64,000 nucleotides of DNA, taken from assembly GCA_051362555.1 (NCBI GenBank), contig CM120643.1, positions 4,650,001 through 4,714,000 of the forward strand, given 5' to 3'. Shown piece after piece: positions 13,224 through 26,667 of this stretch (position 1 is the stretch's first letter; every line of letters starts with the position of its first letter). This DNA comes from Lingula anatina. Lineage: Eukaryota > Animalia > Brachiopoda. Under the pieces are notes generated by a model. The model was not told the origin of the DNA, ran no database searches, and saw nothing but the letters and a program-made list of their open reading frames with translations. The position numbers were made by a program, and so were the translations under genes.

Positions 13224-16200
13224 TCAGGAAAAACGCTAAGACATTTTGTATATTCAATAAGTTTATTATTAAGTGCAATTCAAATTTATTTCACTGTATT
13301 CAATTATTAATAAAACATATCTATAAAACATCATTGTCTTAAGTCTATTTATTACGACAAGTATCTGTGAGAATATTATTGATGTCTGCATTTAAATTCA
13401 CTTACAGGCGACTTGACATTTTAAACTGTCTATCACACTAATGGTCTTTTTTATCTTAATGAAACAAACAAAATATTTCAACTTCTTCATTAAAAAAAAA
13501 AAAAAAAATGGTGGATCTAGTCTCCGCCCTCCCCGAGGGGAGAGACCCATTCTGGGCTCACATGATCAAATGATCAAATCCTTAAAATACTCCATCTCGC
13601 CCCAAATGTCAACATCTGACCCCTTTAAAATATCCTGGATTCACCATCGTTTTTTTTCTATATAACGATGAAAATTATGAGATATTTATTGAGTGCTCTG
13701 TTTAAAATTGCACGCTTTTTACAGTCAGACACTTATCGTTGGTAACAAAAAACGGACACGCACTTTCGTTATGTTTGGCAAAAATTTGTCAAAAGAAACA
13801 TATACAACGTTTATACAGCTATTGACAAAATGGAAAGACTAATGAAGATAAGATAATAAAATGAATATGATTTTTTAAAATTCCTTACAAAAACTACTAA
13901 GAAACAAACTACATGTTCACTTAAAATCCAAGGGACAGATCACGGTATTTCTCATAATTCCTATATCCATTTTCAATAAAAAAAAAACCCTTCTGAACAT
14001 AAATTGTTCTAAATTCGAATGAATATAAATAATTTCTGCATCACCTGGTTGATAGAATGAAGAATACTGGTAAGACAGAATTGCCGAAAACAGTTAAATT
14101 TGGAAAATGAAATAAGTTTCATTCACATAAATGGTCCCATCATCTTTACCCAGAACCTGTATTTGTTTAACAGATTTATGGCAAACTTTATATTTCAGGA
14201 TAAAACTTGTACATATTTTACTTTGTAAGAACTACGTTCAGAGATAAGTAAAACGCGAAAGTAGTCTCTTTTCCATCATATGAATGGTATTTACATGCAC
14301 AAAATCAGCTTTACAAGAAGGGATTTTTCTCAAATGGAAATTGAATTTTCTTAATTCTACATACTTCCCTTGTGACACAAAATAATCGATCTTGATTCGT
14401 AAAATGGCATCTCTTACTCAACAAGACAGCAAATTTCAAGAGACGATAATCCTTTTTCCTCATCTGAACATTAAAAGAAAGGCACACAATGAGTGTAGGC
14501 TTAAGTCGTTTCGTTTTTGATTTCAGTACATTTAGAGAATGAGACTGAAGAATATACTCACGCCGGTAAAAACAGAAATTAAGGATTAAACACTGGGCTT
14601 GTAGAATTTATCAGCGGTTTTCATGTGTTCTTGGTGATTTAGGTAAAATTGCTGAATGTTACAGAAAAATATTTGTCTTTAAACCGACATAAAATTTGTG
14701 TATTTTTGCGTAGATTCGCATTCGATCTAAACTAGAAAGTCACCCCTTGCTGTCTTGCTGAAGAATACCACAAATAGTACCATTTCACATGACACTTGTG
14801 ACAAATTCGAAACTACGATAGTATAGAACATATTTCAATACAATAAAGCAAGTTCTTAACTGATGACCATGTTTTCTGATATATCATTACGTTTTAAATA
14901 TGTTACATATAATTAGCAAATCACCTCAAATTCGTTATGCTATATTGATGAAAAACACGTTAAAGACACCTTTGGACAGAGCCTTTTCAAATCCGTTCCA
15001 AACAGCGTTTCGGGCTATCAGCTCGCCCCTAATGTCTTGAAAGGTTGATCTTATAATATGTCACGCAGAAATCAATATAACTTCAATTTAACTTACACAT
15101 TTTAATGAAATGAGATATTAAATATTGATCTATGAAATCTTGCCAATATTTGAAATGGAAGTGTATTACTATATATACCTCCTTTTAAAATACTTGAATT
15201 ATGTTCTTTACTTCGGAAATGGACGTTTGTTACTTTACCTATATCATATTCTATAATTCCACTACCAAGCGCTCACTAAATATCAATATGCCAATGGCCA
15301 GACCCTCACAAGTCATTTCACAGCATTTTCCCCTCCTTGGTCATTTCTCACGGTAAACTTCCACTGCCACTACTATTTCTACCGACGAAGGTCAAAAGAC
15401 TGAACATGAAGTGCAACTGCATCTTCCTTTGTTTTATGAGACGCGATGAAATAAAGTGAAGGAGGAAAATGTTGGGAAATGATCAAAACCACTTTTAAGC
15501 AACGGGTGTCAAAATGCTTTTTAAAAATAAATCACAAGTAACTTATCACCAAATACCTAACATTGGTTTCTTAAAACGTTATATTGTTATGGCTGAAATA
15601 ACGATATTCGTATACTTAATATCTAAGCCGCCTTCGCTCCACTTCCTGATCACTCAGCACTGAGGCAGTGACGTCTCCTTCCAGGCTGTCCAGCCCATTA
15701 CATTCATGGTAGGGGGAGGTGGCAGGTTGAAGTGGGCGCCTTTTCTTTTCAACTCTCACCAATATTTTACGGATGAAACTTCATTTGTAATTTACAACAT
15801 TAAAAATACACAGGACGAATTTGTGATCAGCACATTTCAAAACATACCAGCAGAAAATAAACCTTAGATCCTTATCCACCCCAAAATGAAGCGACATTAT
15901 GTAGGTCACTGGCTATCTTGATATTACACAATATTGCAAACTGATTTTAATATCTGAGCAGTTTTTGTTGTTTGGCCAACAGACCATGCGATTGAGCCAT
16001 TTGGAGGTAAACAGAAATTTTGCAATCGGAAATTCGGCACCTTGTTTTAGATTTATAATTTTACGGACATAAAATAACCAGTGAATTATTTGTGAATATA
16101 CAATGCTTTAATATTTTTATCTGCACAATAAAATTAATTTTGATGCATGTGATTTTCTCATCTTTATTATCTCATGAATACGTGTGTGTGCGCGCACGCA

Positions 16201-16479
16201 TGCACGCGTTCTCTATTGTTAGCAAATGCTCTAATCAAATGGTGATTTGGTTCCCTACGATTAATGATTTATCAAAAATAAAGTAATAGACAAAACAGTA
16301 AAGATATAGGTTATCTTCAAACTATATATGAGAGCTGTTTACGTACCGCTGTCACCCTTGTTTGGGGGGTTCGATACGTTATTAAGGCCAACGTTTAATT
16401 TGAAAGAACAACATTTTTTCCAATCTCTCTAATATGAAATACGCATAATGATATTAGCGCAATAAAAGATAATAATATA

Positions 16480-16835
16480 GTTAGACTACTGCAACTCTTT
16501 ACTCTATGGCTGTACCAAAGAAATAATAAAAAAAATACTGCAGCAATTTCAAAAAAATTCAGCGCGTGTTTAACCCAGGGTACCCTGAGTGTCAGAGCAA
16601 CGTAAAAATTAGCTTGTAAATATTAAATATGCCTTGGATTCATTTTTACTAGTATTGCTTACCTGGTATTACTAATATGGGTTATATATGAAATCAAGAT
16701 CGAGCTGGCAATATCGGAATCTAGAACCTAGGGTAACCCAGGGAGACTCATATCACACTTATTTTAAAACAGTTGCACTGGCTTCCTGATAGAGCACGTA
16801 TTTTATTCAAAATTTTAATTTCTATGCATACAAGT
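16480..16835 (+). mobile_element. L2-clade LINE C-terminal remnant interrupted by a MITE
   Basis: LDYCNSLLYG...LQQFQKNSARV / HITLILKQLHWLPDRARILFKILI matches the L2 LDYCNSLL...HITP.L..LHWLP motifs. Confidence 0.75.
16581..16735 (-). mobile_element. 155-bp MITE, 8-bp TSD ACCCAGGG; deletion derivative of 34615-35371
   Basis: TSD at 16573-16580 and 16736-16743. Ends TACCCTGAGTGTCAGAG / ATCTAGAACCTAGGGTA are the reverse complement of the ends of 34615-35371. Confidence 0.9.
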
Positions 16836-19800
16836 TTTTTCAATCAGTATGAACTGTCACTGTCTCCAGACACCCCCACATCAATAAATGCTGTACTCCT
16901 TCACAGGAACCAGGTTTTCTCTTTAGATCCTGTCCGTTTTGGTCAGATGTTAAGGAAGAAGTACAGCGTTCCGTGTGATTCGACAGTGAGAGTGATCTCC
17001 TTGGTAGATACACAGCGTGGTGAGCTGCCGAGTCCTATTAGTCTGTGGTTTGGGACAAGTTGAAGGCAGAATCCATGGACATGATCCCAGAGCTGCGGTT
17101 ATCTGTCGCTGGGATCGTGAACTATCTGAAACAGACATGGAAACAAAACTTTAAATTTCACTGATACACACCATTATTCACAATTTAGGTGACTCTCTTG
17201 CCTACATTCCAAGCTATCGAATTGTCTCTAAAAATGGAAGACGACCTCAATCCAGTCCCAAACGATAACTCTCACCTGTCATCTCAGTTAGCAACATTTC
17301 GGAACTGCCAAAGACAAAAAGTTCGTAAACTGGCAAGTCACATACATGTATCACATAATGCTTTTAAAAATTCGAAACTAAATCACAGCATAGCTAAAGA
17401 AATCAAATCAAATTCATACATCGCTCCTGTCCGTAATGAATACACTAATAGATAATAGTACGATAATACAAATATGCTATATTCTACCACGGAGCCGAAG
17501 GTGGGGAGGGCAGCCAATATGACTAATAGGCAGTCCTTCTACTCTCCACCAGGGGTCGGCTGGGGGACGGGTGGCGGTTTATTATTTTTGTTTTCAAAGT
17601 TTCTCGCTGGACAACACAAAAAATGGTGCAGAATTGGCCAGAAAAAATGTTTGTGACATTTTAATGAAAATTTCTCCGTGTGGCCCTGGTAGGGTTACTA
17701 CTGTCCATTCAACAATACAAGCGAGACTCCAGCTTATTCTGATGCTGTCTCAACCATGATTGTGACGGATTCCACAAATATCACCCCATTGTGTTAGTGA
17801 AGACATAACGTGAGACGGGGAGGGGGGAGATAGCACGTACGTGTATTGCAATGATCGGAGTGTTTGAAGGGGAATGTGGTGGAGTGGAGGGGGAGGGGGG
17901 GGGGGGAGGATAACGGGGATAGATGTAGGAGAGAGGAAGGGAGACACAAAAAGATCAGTTCGTTACGACAGTCGTACTAACTCACGGGGAACAAAAATTT
18001 TCAGGTTGTCCCCAACAGCATCTAAAAGTGTAAGTATTAGTAGCAGTGCATGTACTACAAGATGAAGTAGTAGTAGTATAAGAGTAGTAGTATAGAAGGC
18101 AATATATTACTGGCATAGGTTGTATATAAGTAATACTCACTGCACGTGGCTGTGATGACAATACAATTAAATCTAGGAAACCAATCGATTGAGCAATGAG
18201 TGGATCTTGTTTCATTACCCTTATAAAGGACGCCCCCCCCACACACACACAAACACGCGCACGCACAAACAGTTTTTGATAGTAATACAAATATGAGACT
18301 GAAATTTCTCTCAGGTGCGTCCGCAAACATTTAGAAATTGCACACATAATTCCCGGATAAATATAGTTAAAATTTACCAAATATCCAATCCTAGGTTTCA
18401 TTTGTCGTATAAAATGCCCGCACGTTGTCTATGTATTGCCTATATGCCCCTACTCGTGTGGCGTCCGTTACTTAACCTTAAAGTCATGTGGGAGAAGTGG
18501 TACGGCGCCCGTACCGAACGTACAGTACAAAAATACGGATAATTAATTTCTGTTTCATTGTACGGCGTCTGTAGCCTTGGCTTTAGCAGAACGCTAATAA
18601 TGATAATTTCTCCAATGGCGATTTCCGAATTTAGTTATACAGTAGATACTTGTGTGTAATTTAATATTGTCCATCTAAATGTTTCTGCTTGTATTTGAAT
18701 TAATCTAGTTTTCGATTTTATTAATGTCTCAACTAAACTTATTTTAACTTTTCTCCCCCTCTCTCGCACGCGTTTTTAACATCTTAATCTTTCTTGCTAA
18801 CCCAAAATATGTTTTCTGTCACTGTGAAGACATTTCAAATGAGCAATCTCAGTTGGGAAATGAGTGTCCTCTACCAGGGCCGAAGTTATTGTGCTGTGGG
18901 CATTTTTTGTTTTTACAGTACAGAGATTAGTTATCTATTTAACCAGACACGCATCTTTGATTATCTAGTGCAAAATCAATCTATGGCCCTGCCCCTGGTA
19001 GAGGGTAGCCAGAGGCTGCGGTGTGTTGATTTTGATGCTGTCTCAACCATGATTGTGACGGACTCCACAAATATCAGCCAATTGCGTTAGTGAAGACATA
19101 ACGCGAGACGGGGAGGAGGGGGGGGGGGGGGGGGGGTGAAATGTTTATAAAGAAATTTCCTAATAATCCATTGAAAATGACAATATGATATTTTAAACTA
19201 AAATATGATATTTTAGTTTAAATTAGATGTCGACAAACCATTCAGTACGGAAAGTTAGATTAAAAGGAAATATGTTGGTCTATTTGCGCGACTAACCAGA
19301 TACATCAGAAAACACAAAACAGAAGTGCTAGTCAATGCGATTTCGTGCTTTGCCAAACTGTTCCCATAGACAATGGGCTAAAAAGTAGTGCAGATTGCGG
19401 TTTGAAGGACAGAATGATTATTTCATTTTTTAAATTAAAAAATGAATTTTTTGCGAAGTGAGATATTTGGGACTTCACGAAGAAATCTCAACAATATTTC
19501 AAAAATGTTCCAGTAACATAGAAAGTTGAGCTAACGACGTGATCGAGTGTCACCTCTACCTGAGGTGTGCAATAAGCCACACAACCGAGACTGAAATATC
19601 GGAGCGCAAAAATTGACTTGTTTTAATTATTGATTAAAACAGGCTGTTAGTATGACTCAGTTGTAAAACAGCTGATGGATTTCTTGAAACATTGAAAGAC
19701 TTGAATTAAAATATAATAAATGTCTTAATTGTCGGTTTGTTTTTTTTTACTATATCATTTTGTACAGTCAAAGTATTTTATTATAGCAAACTGCTAACAA

Positions 19801-20492
19801 CACATTTCTAACTGAGGCGTTACTTTCCTAAGCATAAAAATAGTTTTGTGTGTGTGTGTGTGTGTCGGTGTGGAGGGCGTAGGTCTTGCGTGGGAATCTT
19901 CCTCTCTGGCAATTGTCAATGTTGACAGGTAGGCCTATGTCATGGTCCGGGAGAATAGAGGAAGTTGAGTTACAACAGTGATTATGCTGCAGTATTTGAC
20001 CTCAAACTTTCTCAACATGATTGTGACGTTGTCCATGAATTTCATTATATTGTGCTAGTGAAGACAGCGATAAGTGATAGAGGGCGCTGATATGATCATT
20101 TTTTTTATAATTTCTTCGGAGTATCATAATAATTTTTTTAAATACTCCGAACTTTTTGTACTGAATTCACTTATTTCAAAAGTGTCCAAATGTCATGAAT
20201 TTCATTCATATGAAAAAAGAGTACCATGTAACAGTGGTAACCGTACTTGAGGCCCTGCAGGCGATGCACGTTTTTTCTCTGGGAATTCACGTGGAGACGT
20301 TGTCCAGGATCGAGAAGCTATCTCCTTCTAAGAAGCTAATTCCTTGTAAATTTTTACCAATATATAATAACACGCTTTATATTAATGATCATGGGCCTAT
20401 TTGATCAATACTTCCATCAAGCTTTATTATTTTCTTGCCTTAAAATTCCAGTCCTGGGGGAATCTGTCCAGTGCGGACGGCTCCTACAATTT
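16745..20492 (+). repeat. Segmental duplication copy A (copy B 46150-51801)
   Basis: Collinear similar blocks: 16990/47320, 17740/47743, 18400/48720, 18800/49260, 19330/50190, 19850/50710, 20445/51755. Confidence 0.9.
16950..18215 (-). pseudogene. Candidate small spliced gene or pseudogene (exons 18215-18141, 18021-17986, 17125-16950)
   Basis: ATG..GCA|GTGAGT; TTTTAG|36 nt|GTGAGT; TTTCAG|SSRSQRQITAALGSCPWILPSTC..TLCIYQGDHSHC..*. These islands are conserved in copy B. The exon 1-2 phase does not match. Confidence 0.3.
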
Positions 20493-20499
20493 CTTTGTA

Positions 20500-21220
20500 G
20501 AATAAAAGAACTCTAACATCTCGTGATTGATAGATATCAATCAAAACTGTCAAATTTGATAGTTTGAGTAAACAGCTGAACTCAACAATACTTCAGCAGT
20601 CGTATCATTTTGTAATAAAACGGAAAATTTTCATATTCTATAGTATCAATATCATCAGTTTTAGTCTCTGTAAAACAGAGTAAATCGTATTCATCAACAA
20701 GTGTTTTAAAGTCAGGATAGTTAAACCTTTTATTTATACCACATACATTTAATGAGAGAATGTTGAGTTCTTGTTGTTATCTTTATCACTAGTGGAAGTC
20801 CTGTCTTCACTGAGAGAACTACCATTCAGATTAGTGTCACTGTATTAATTTGTTTGGACGACCCCCCGTGGTCCTCCTATCTGTGTCTATGTGCGTGCCC
20901 AGAGCCACTTGTTCTTGGGCTTCCCTATCCACTAACACGTCCAGCGTTCGAGTAAAACGGTGGATTGTCAATGTAAAGTTTGTCAACCTTCAAGATAGCT
21001 TTATTTTCCTGTCTCTTAGCTTCCTTTAGGTCCGGAATCAGCATCTTTCGTCGATCGTTAATTTCCTTAGGAAATTGCTCTTTGACTCCGAATCGTTTTC
21101 CCTTCAGCGCTCCTGGGGCAGCTTTCCTCACCATTTTCTGGTCCTTAAATGACCCAATCTTAGCGATGATTGGCCTATGTTTCTCCGGTGCATGCTTTCC
21201 CATGTGGTGAACCCTTTTAT
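20500..21220 (-). mobile_element. Internal LINE fragment: ORF1 C-terminus plus ORF2 AP-endonuclease N-terminus
   Basis: ORF 20925-21203 RPIIAK..F..KEQFPKEINDRRK.L..LK.AK..KVDKLYID is L1-type ORF1. Around 20768-20650, LNILSLNVCGINKRFNYPDF...YDLLCFTETKTD is an APE start. Confidence 0.85.
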
Positions 21221-21420
21221 AAACAAACCTCTTTATTAGCAGTAATGGTATAGTGTATGCTTCAGCCTTGACTTACAACAACACTTTATTTTGAAAGTTT
21301 ATTTTTATGTGATGTAATAAATTTACTGAAATTTCATTATTGTAATACTTTGGATCTTGAGGAAAAAGCCTGATCACTGACTTTTTTGTCTTTTCCAGTC
21401 CATCATCTGTCCATCATCAT

Positions 21421-22541
21421 CTGCCACAATAGAACACAATGACTCCAGACTAGTACACTGTTTTAGGAGGCATAGGACTATACTGCCACAATGGAACACA
21501 ATGACTCCAGACTACTACACTGTACTACTAGTAGACACAGGACTACTGTATACTGCCACAATGGAACACAATGATTCCAGACTACTACACTGTACTAGGA
21601 AGCACAGGACTATACTGCCACAATGGAACACAATGACTCCAGACTACTACACTGTACTAGTAGACACAGGACTATATACCACCAGAATGGAACACAATGA
21701 TTCCAGACTACTACACTGTACTAGAAGGCATAGGACTATACTGCCACAATGGAACACAATGACAGCAGATTACTACACTGTACTAGGAGACACAGGACTA
21801 TACTGCCACAATGGAACACAATGACTCCAGACTACTACTATACTAGGAGACACAGGACTATACTGCCATAATGGAACACAATGACTGCAGATTACTACAC
21901 TGTACTAGGAGACACAGGACTATACTGCCACAATGGAACACAATGATTCCAGACTACTACACTGTACTAGGAGACACAGGACTATACTGCCACAATGGAA
22001 CACAATGACTCCAGACTACTACACTGTACTAGGAGGCACAGGACTATACTGCCACAATGGAACACAATGACTCCAGACTACTACTATACTAGGAGACACA
22101 GGACTATACTGCCATAATGGAACACAATGACTGCAGATTACTACACTGTAGTAGGAGACACAGGACTATACTGCCTCAACGGAACACAATGATTCCAAAC
22201 TACTACACTGTACTAGGAGACACAGGACTATACTGCCACAATGGAACACAATGACTCCAGACTACTACACTCTACTAGGAGCCACTGGACTATACTGCCA
22301 CAATGGAACACAATGACTCCAGACTTCTACACTGTACTAGGAGGCACAGGACTATACTGCCACAATGGAACACAATGACTCCAGACTACTACACTGTACT
22401 AGGAGGCACAAGACTATACTGCCACAATGGAACACAATGACTCCAGACTACTACACTCTACTAGGAGGCACAGGACTATACTGCCACAATGGAACACAGT
22501 GACTCCAGACTACTGCACTGTACTAGGAGACACAGGACTAC
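21421..22541. repeat. 62-bp minisatellite, ~18 copies
   Basis: Unit ATACTGCCACAATGGAACACAATGACTCCAGACTACTACACTGTACTAGGAG(G/A)CACAGGACT; some copies are 60 bp. Confidence 0.97.
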
Positions 22542-22677
22542 TGGACTTCACATGTAACAGACAAACAAGAAGATGAATGCAGCAATTTTCAAGACAGTCA
22601 AATAACAATATGAGTTTCATGAATCAAATGTTCTTATCTCCCTACGGACATTAGCTTTTTCCGTATTATTTTTTTAC

Positions 22678-22910
22678 TTTAAGTTTACTGACTGGCTTTG
22701 TTTGGCAAAGAAGCAGGTTACATTTGAAAATTGGAACAATTGATTTACATTTACATTAATTTTTTTTTTGCACTACTTTTGGTGATGTTCACCCCGTAAC
22801 TGCCAAACCTTATTTTTGTTTCATATTAAGTTTACTGAGTGGCTTTGTTTGGTAAAGAGGCAGGTTGCCTTCGAAAATTGGTCTGATTGGTTTACATTTA
22901 CACTAATTAT
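22678..22910. repeat. Diverged direct duplication (~80-bp core, ~148-bp spacing)
   Basis: TAAGTTTACTGA(C/G)TGGCTTTGTTTGG..GCAGGTT..GAAAATTGG..TTTACATTTACA occurs twice. Confidence 0.85.
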
Positions 22911-23893
22911 TCTGTTTTATTTTTGTTTGAATATTTTATTTTTCACACAACATTTTCAGTGTCTTTTATAGCCCATGAAACCGAATTACTTGCTAGTTTT
23001 TCAATATCCATGTTACTTGTATTTCATAATGTAAGAGGGTTAGAGTGATTATGTTGTTTTAAAGCATTATGTAATAGTGCATGAAAATTGACCAAAACAT
23101 TTGGTGCACTCTTTTTTTTGCGTCTGAATGTCTGAATATTTCTCACCTTTGCCACCTTGTTTCCTGTTTGGTGTCTGTATATTTGTCAGCTTTGCTGTCT
23201 AGTTAGTAGCTTTTTTCTAAAATGTCTGCATTTGTTCATGAGTTCTGTTTTTTTTTGTTATATTAGAATATAGGTGTGCTTTCCTTAATATTGGCCATTT
23301 CAGTCCATAATAATAATAATTATTATTATTGTTATTATTATTATTATTATTTTTGTCCTAAGAGTCCAAATATAGTTGATTAATGAAGTTTGATGGCATT
23401 TAGCTAGGTAGTTGAAAGAGGTCTGTATGTAATTATATTGATACTTGAATTCATGCTGAAAAAGGCCAGTGTATTCTTTTGTTTAATTTTCTCTTCTCAT
23501 TGTTACCTTAAAACATTTTTTCTAGACATTTGCCATTCATTGGGCATTCAATTTTTATTCTACAGTTGCAAGTTTTTACTTCTGACACATTGTCAACAGT
23601 CCTACTGTTATTAGTTATACTGTTGTTCTTAGCTTTAATGATTTGGGCAATATTGTCCAAACAGCTTTAATGTTAATTTTGTTAAAAATCTAATGCAACA
23701 AGAAACCTGCTGGGAAATGAGATTTAATAAACTGTAAAGTGAATTTACTAGAATTGGTCTGTACATTTTCTACTTACGTAATGGCGGATTGAACCATAAC
23801 TTTGGAAATTTTTTATAATCTTATAATGAAGTTTGTGGTTGAAAGTTTTTAATGAAGTTTGTGGTTGAAACTAGCTGACTGAAGTGTATCTTA

Positions 23894-24095
23894 GGGTGCT
23901 TTCCCAGAGATTTAGATCGACCTAACTCCCTGGGGGTTCACGCTAAATTGCAGTCAGCCGAGCGGGCACCATAGTTAATTACCCCTTTACAGCTTTTAGT
24001 AGGCGGGACAGATGCTTAAGCCAACCAAGCTGACAGTAATCTAGTGAGACTCCCCACAGGGATAGATCGATCTAAAAATCAATGGAAATGGGGTG
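23894..24095 (+). mobile_element. PIF/Harbinger-like MITE, TTA TSD
   Basis: TTA|GGGTGCTTTCCCAGAGAT...GGAAATGGGGTG|TTA; inverted copy at 26668-26880. Confidence 0.7.
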
Positions 24096-25209
24096 TTAGT
24101 ACTCGCTCTTTGATGTTTTGAGCATGTTTTCATTGCTGGAAGTTGTGGATAGCCTCATGTTTATTGAGTTCAATATACATGTATATTGATGACACTTTCC
24201 GAGTGGTTAGATTTGCAGTGAATTTATGTATTACTGCATTAGGTTTTTTGTTTAGTCCAAAAGATCTAAAAGAGTTTACTGGTTAAAGGTCATGTCTAAA
24301 ACGAGTTGTGTGAGATGTTGGTTGTGACCTTTTATCCAAGTTGTTTCCTTGTGGAGGTTAAATTTGTTGTTGCCGTGTGACTTAAGCTTGTTCAGCTTGT
24401 TTTTGAGAGGGGGTCCTCTCAAACATGCATTTTTATTGAATTTACATAACAATTAATGGAAATTGCTCATTAAATTTAAATGTTAGTATCAGGAATTTTA
24501 AAACTTGTCTACCTGTCTTGCTTCTTTAAAAATTATATTTATACTTCTCTATTCAAGATACTCAAATTCTATTTATTTTGCCCGTTTCATTTATAAGGCT
24601 TATAGCTCCATATAGCACGCATCACCATTAATAAGCTTGTGGACTTCAAAAGTGCATTTTAAATAATAAATATCATTTTTACACTTGATTCTTCATGTTT
24701 GGATTTAATGTATTATAAATGACAAGTATTTTTTAAATGTGATTTTTGTCATTTATTTTTCTTTATACATGTAGCACTGGAAAGTTTTTCTTCTGGCTCT
24801 GTTAAATGTGGTATAAAGTGGCCTGAAAGATTTTTCACAAAAACTTTTTTCTTTGATGTTTCTCAGCACTTCCAGTACTATCATGTCTGGCTATTTATTT
24901 ATTTATTTTTCATGTATTTGTTCCTGACCCCTTCCAGTCACTTTATTCTTCAGCCCTTTCTGACCTTTTATCTTGTAGTCAAACTTAATTGTTAACTTTT
25001 AATTATCAATTTTATCATTTAAAGGCTTTAAGAGATAAAAGCTGTTGTCGAATTACCTATTTCTGTATTACTCCGACAGTCTTATTACAATCTTAATACA
25101 GATTGGTTAGGAAATGAACACTTGCATGCATTAATATCATACCTGGTACATGCATGTTAGGGTGATATAGATTGAACAAAAGCATGTGAATATCTTCTTT
25201 TAAAAAGTT

Positions 25210-25545
25210 GACCCACCCATATTGGTGTATCTTGGCAAATTGAGGGGCCCATCCCCAGGGGAGGTCCCCTGCCCACCACTTTAGCCTTTTTAAAAAAAGT
25301 TATTTATCAGGATGATTCTAACATTGGCCATGGCTGTTCTAAATAAAAATTAAAATACAAAGATAACTCTGCCCTGAGAAATGGGACACCCATACTGGTG
25401 AACCTTGACAGGTTCACACCTCTCTTGGGGTTCCATCCCCCGAGGACAGTTCCCCTGACCACTAGTTTAGCTTTTAATAGGTTTTCTTTGAGAATTATTC
25501 TTACAGTGGATTTGGCTGTTCAAAATAAAATATGGAATGTAAAGT
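25210..25545. repeat. Diverged tandem duplication, ~175-bp unit
   Basis: CACCCATA(T/C)TGGTG..CCATCCCC..TCCCCTG..TTTAGC..TGGCTGTTC.AAATAAAA occurs twice. Confidence 0.7.
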
Positions 25546-26667
25546 AACCCTTGATTACCCATCTATCTTTTAGGATTGAATAAAATCTACCATATTTTCA
25601 TGTCTTTAACTAAAGTTCCGCTCAGTGGTGGAATTCTTGGGCAGGAGAATATCTGGCTGGAGAGCTGGAAGGTGTACTCTGTGAGGAATGGATAAAGGTA
25701 TATAAAAATACCTAAGCATGTGGAACTTTCATTTTCTTTGTCAGTTTAAAAGCAAGTTATTTTCATCTTAGATCGTCATTTTCTCATTTTGATATTAATA
25801 AAAGATTATACTATTTGTGGCTTTACAAATTTTCACTCTGGTGGAAGCTGTGGGCAGGAGCATCTTTGCCCTCAGAGAAGGGACACACAGATTATTGTGT
25901 CTTACAAGATTGACATCATGATGGGTGTCCCAGCCTTCTAGGACAGTCCCCATACCAAACACCTCCAGCTGTCAGATTATCTCCTGGAAATAAATTTTCA
26001 TTTATTATATCTGTATTATCATTTATTTTTCAAATAGGTTCCTTGCAACACAATAAATGATATGACTAGTAAGGTATATAATGATGGGCTTGTGTGGGAC
26101 TGTCTCTACAGTCTATTATCTGCTGTTAGTAAATTTCAAATGAAACAATACTGACCCAATTCCAGGGATATTTTTTGAAATTTCTGTGTTTATCATCAGA
26201 CTTTGGGAATAATTTCTCTGTCCTTAACTGTTGCACAACTTGTGTATTGGGCTGTGTCAAAGGTTGTACAATCTTAAATCTCTGCCTTGTGGAAGGAGGG
26301 ACTCCTGGGTGTCCTTAGAAGGCTTAGTTTTTTTTTTCAACCATTTTTTATTCTCTGATGGTTTTCTCTGAATTTTTTTACCTGTTACTGATAACAGTTA
26401 GTGTGAGGTGTTGCCTTTTGAGTGACAGATTTGTGTTCAAAATGATTACAGTTGAAAAAGGAATTGATATGTGCTTTTATTAGTTAAGCCATTTTTCTGA
26501 AATTTTTTTTTACTCTTTGAATCTCCATTTATAAAGTTATTTTCTTTTATGTATAAAACTTTGATTTAGTTACATTTTGAAAGATTACACTTGTAATAGC
26601 CAATTTACATTGTATGGACCTGGCGTGTATTTATTCTTCTCCAAATTGTTAAGTGTGTTTAAACTTA

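Noticed and set aside
17986-20066. Immunoglobulin-domain exons (GDNLKI, ESVTIM, DNVTIM look like Ig B-strands)
   Set aside because: No conserved Cys/Trp or F-strand DxGxYxC motif found, and the frames are interrupted.
21501-21824. 107-aa repetitive ORF
   Set aside because: Product of the 62-bp repeat; the frame rotates each unit and later copies contain stops.
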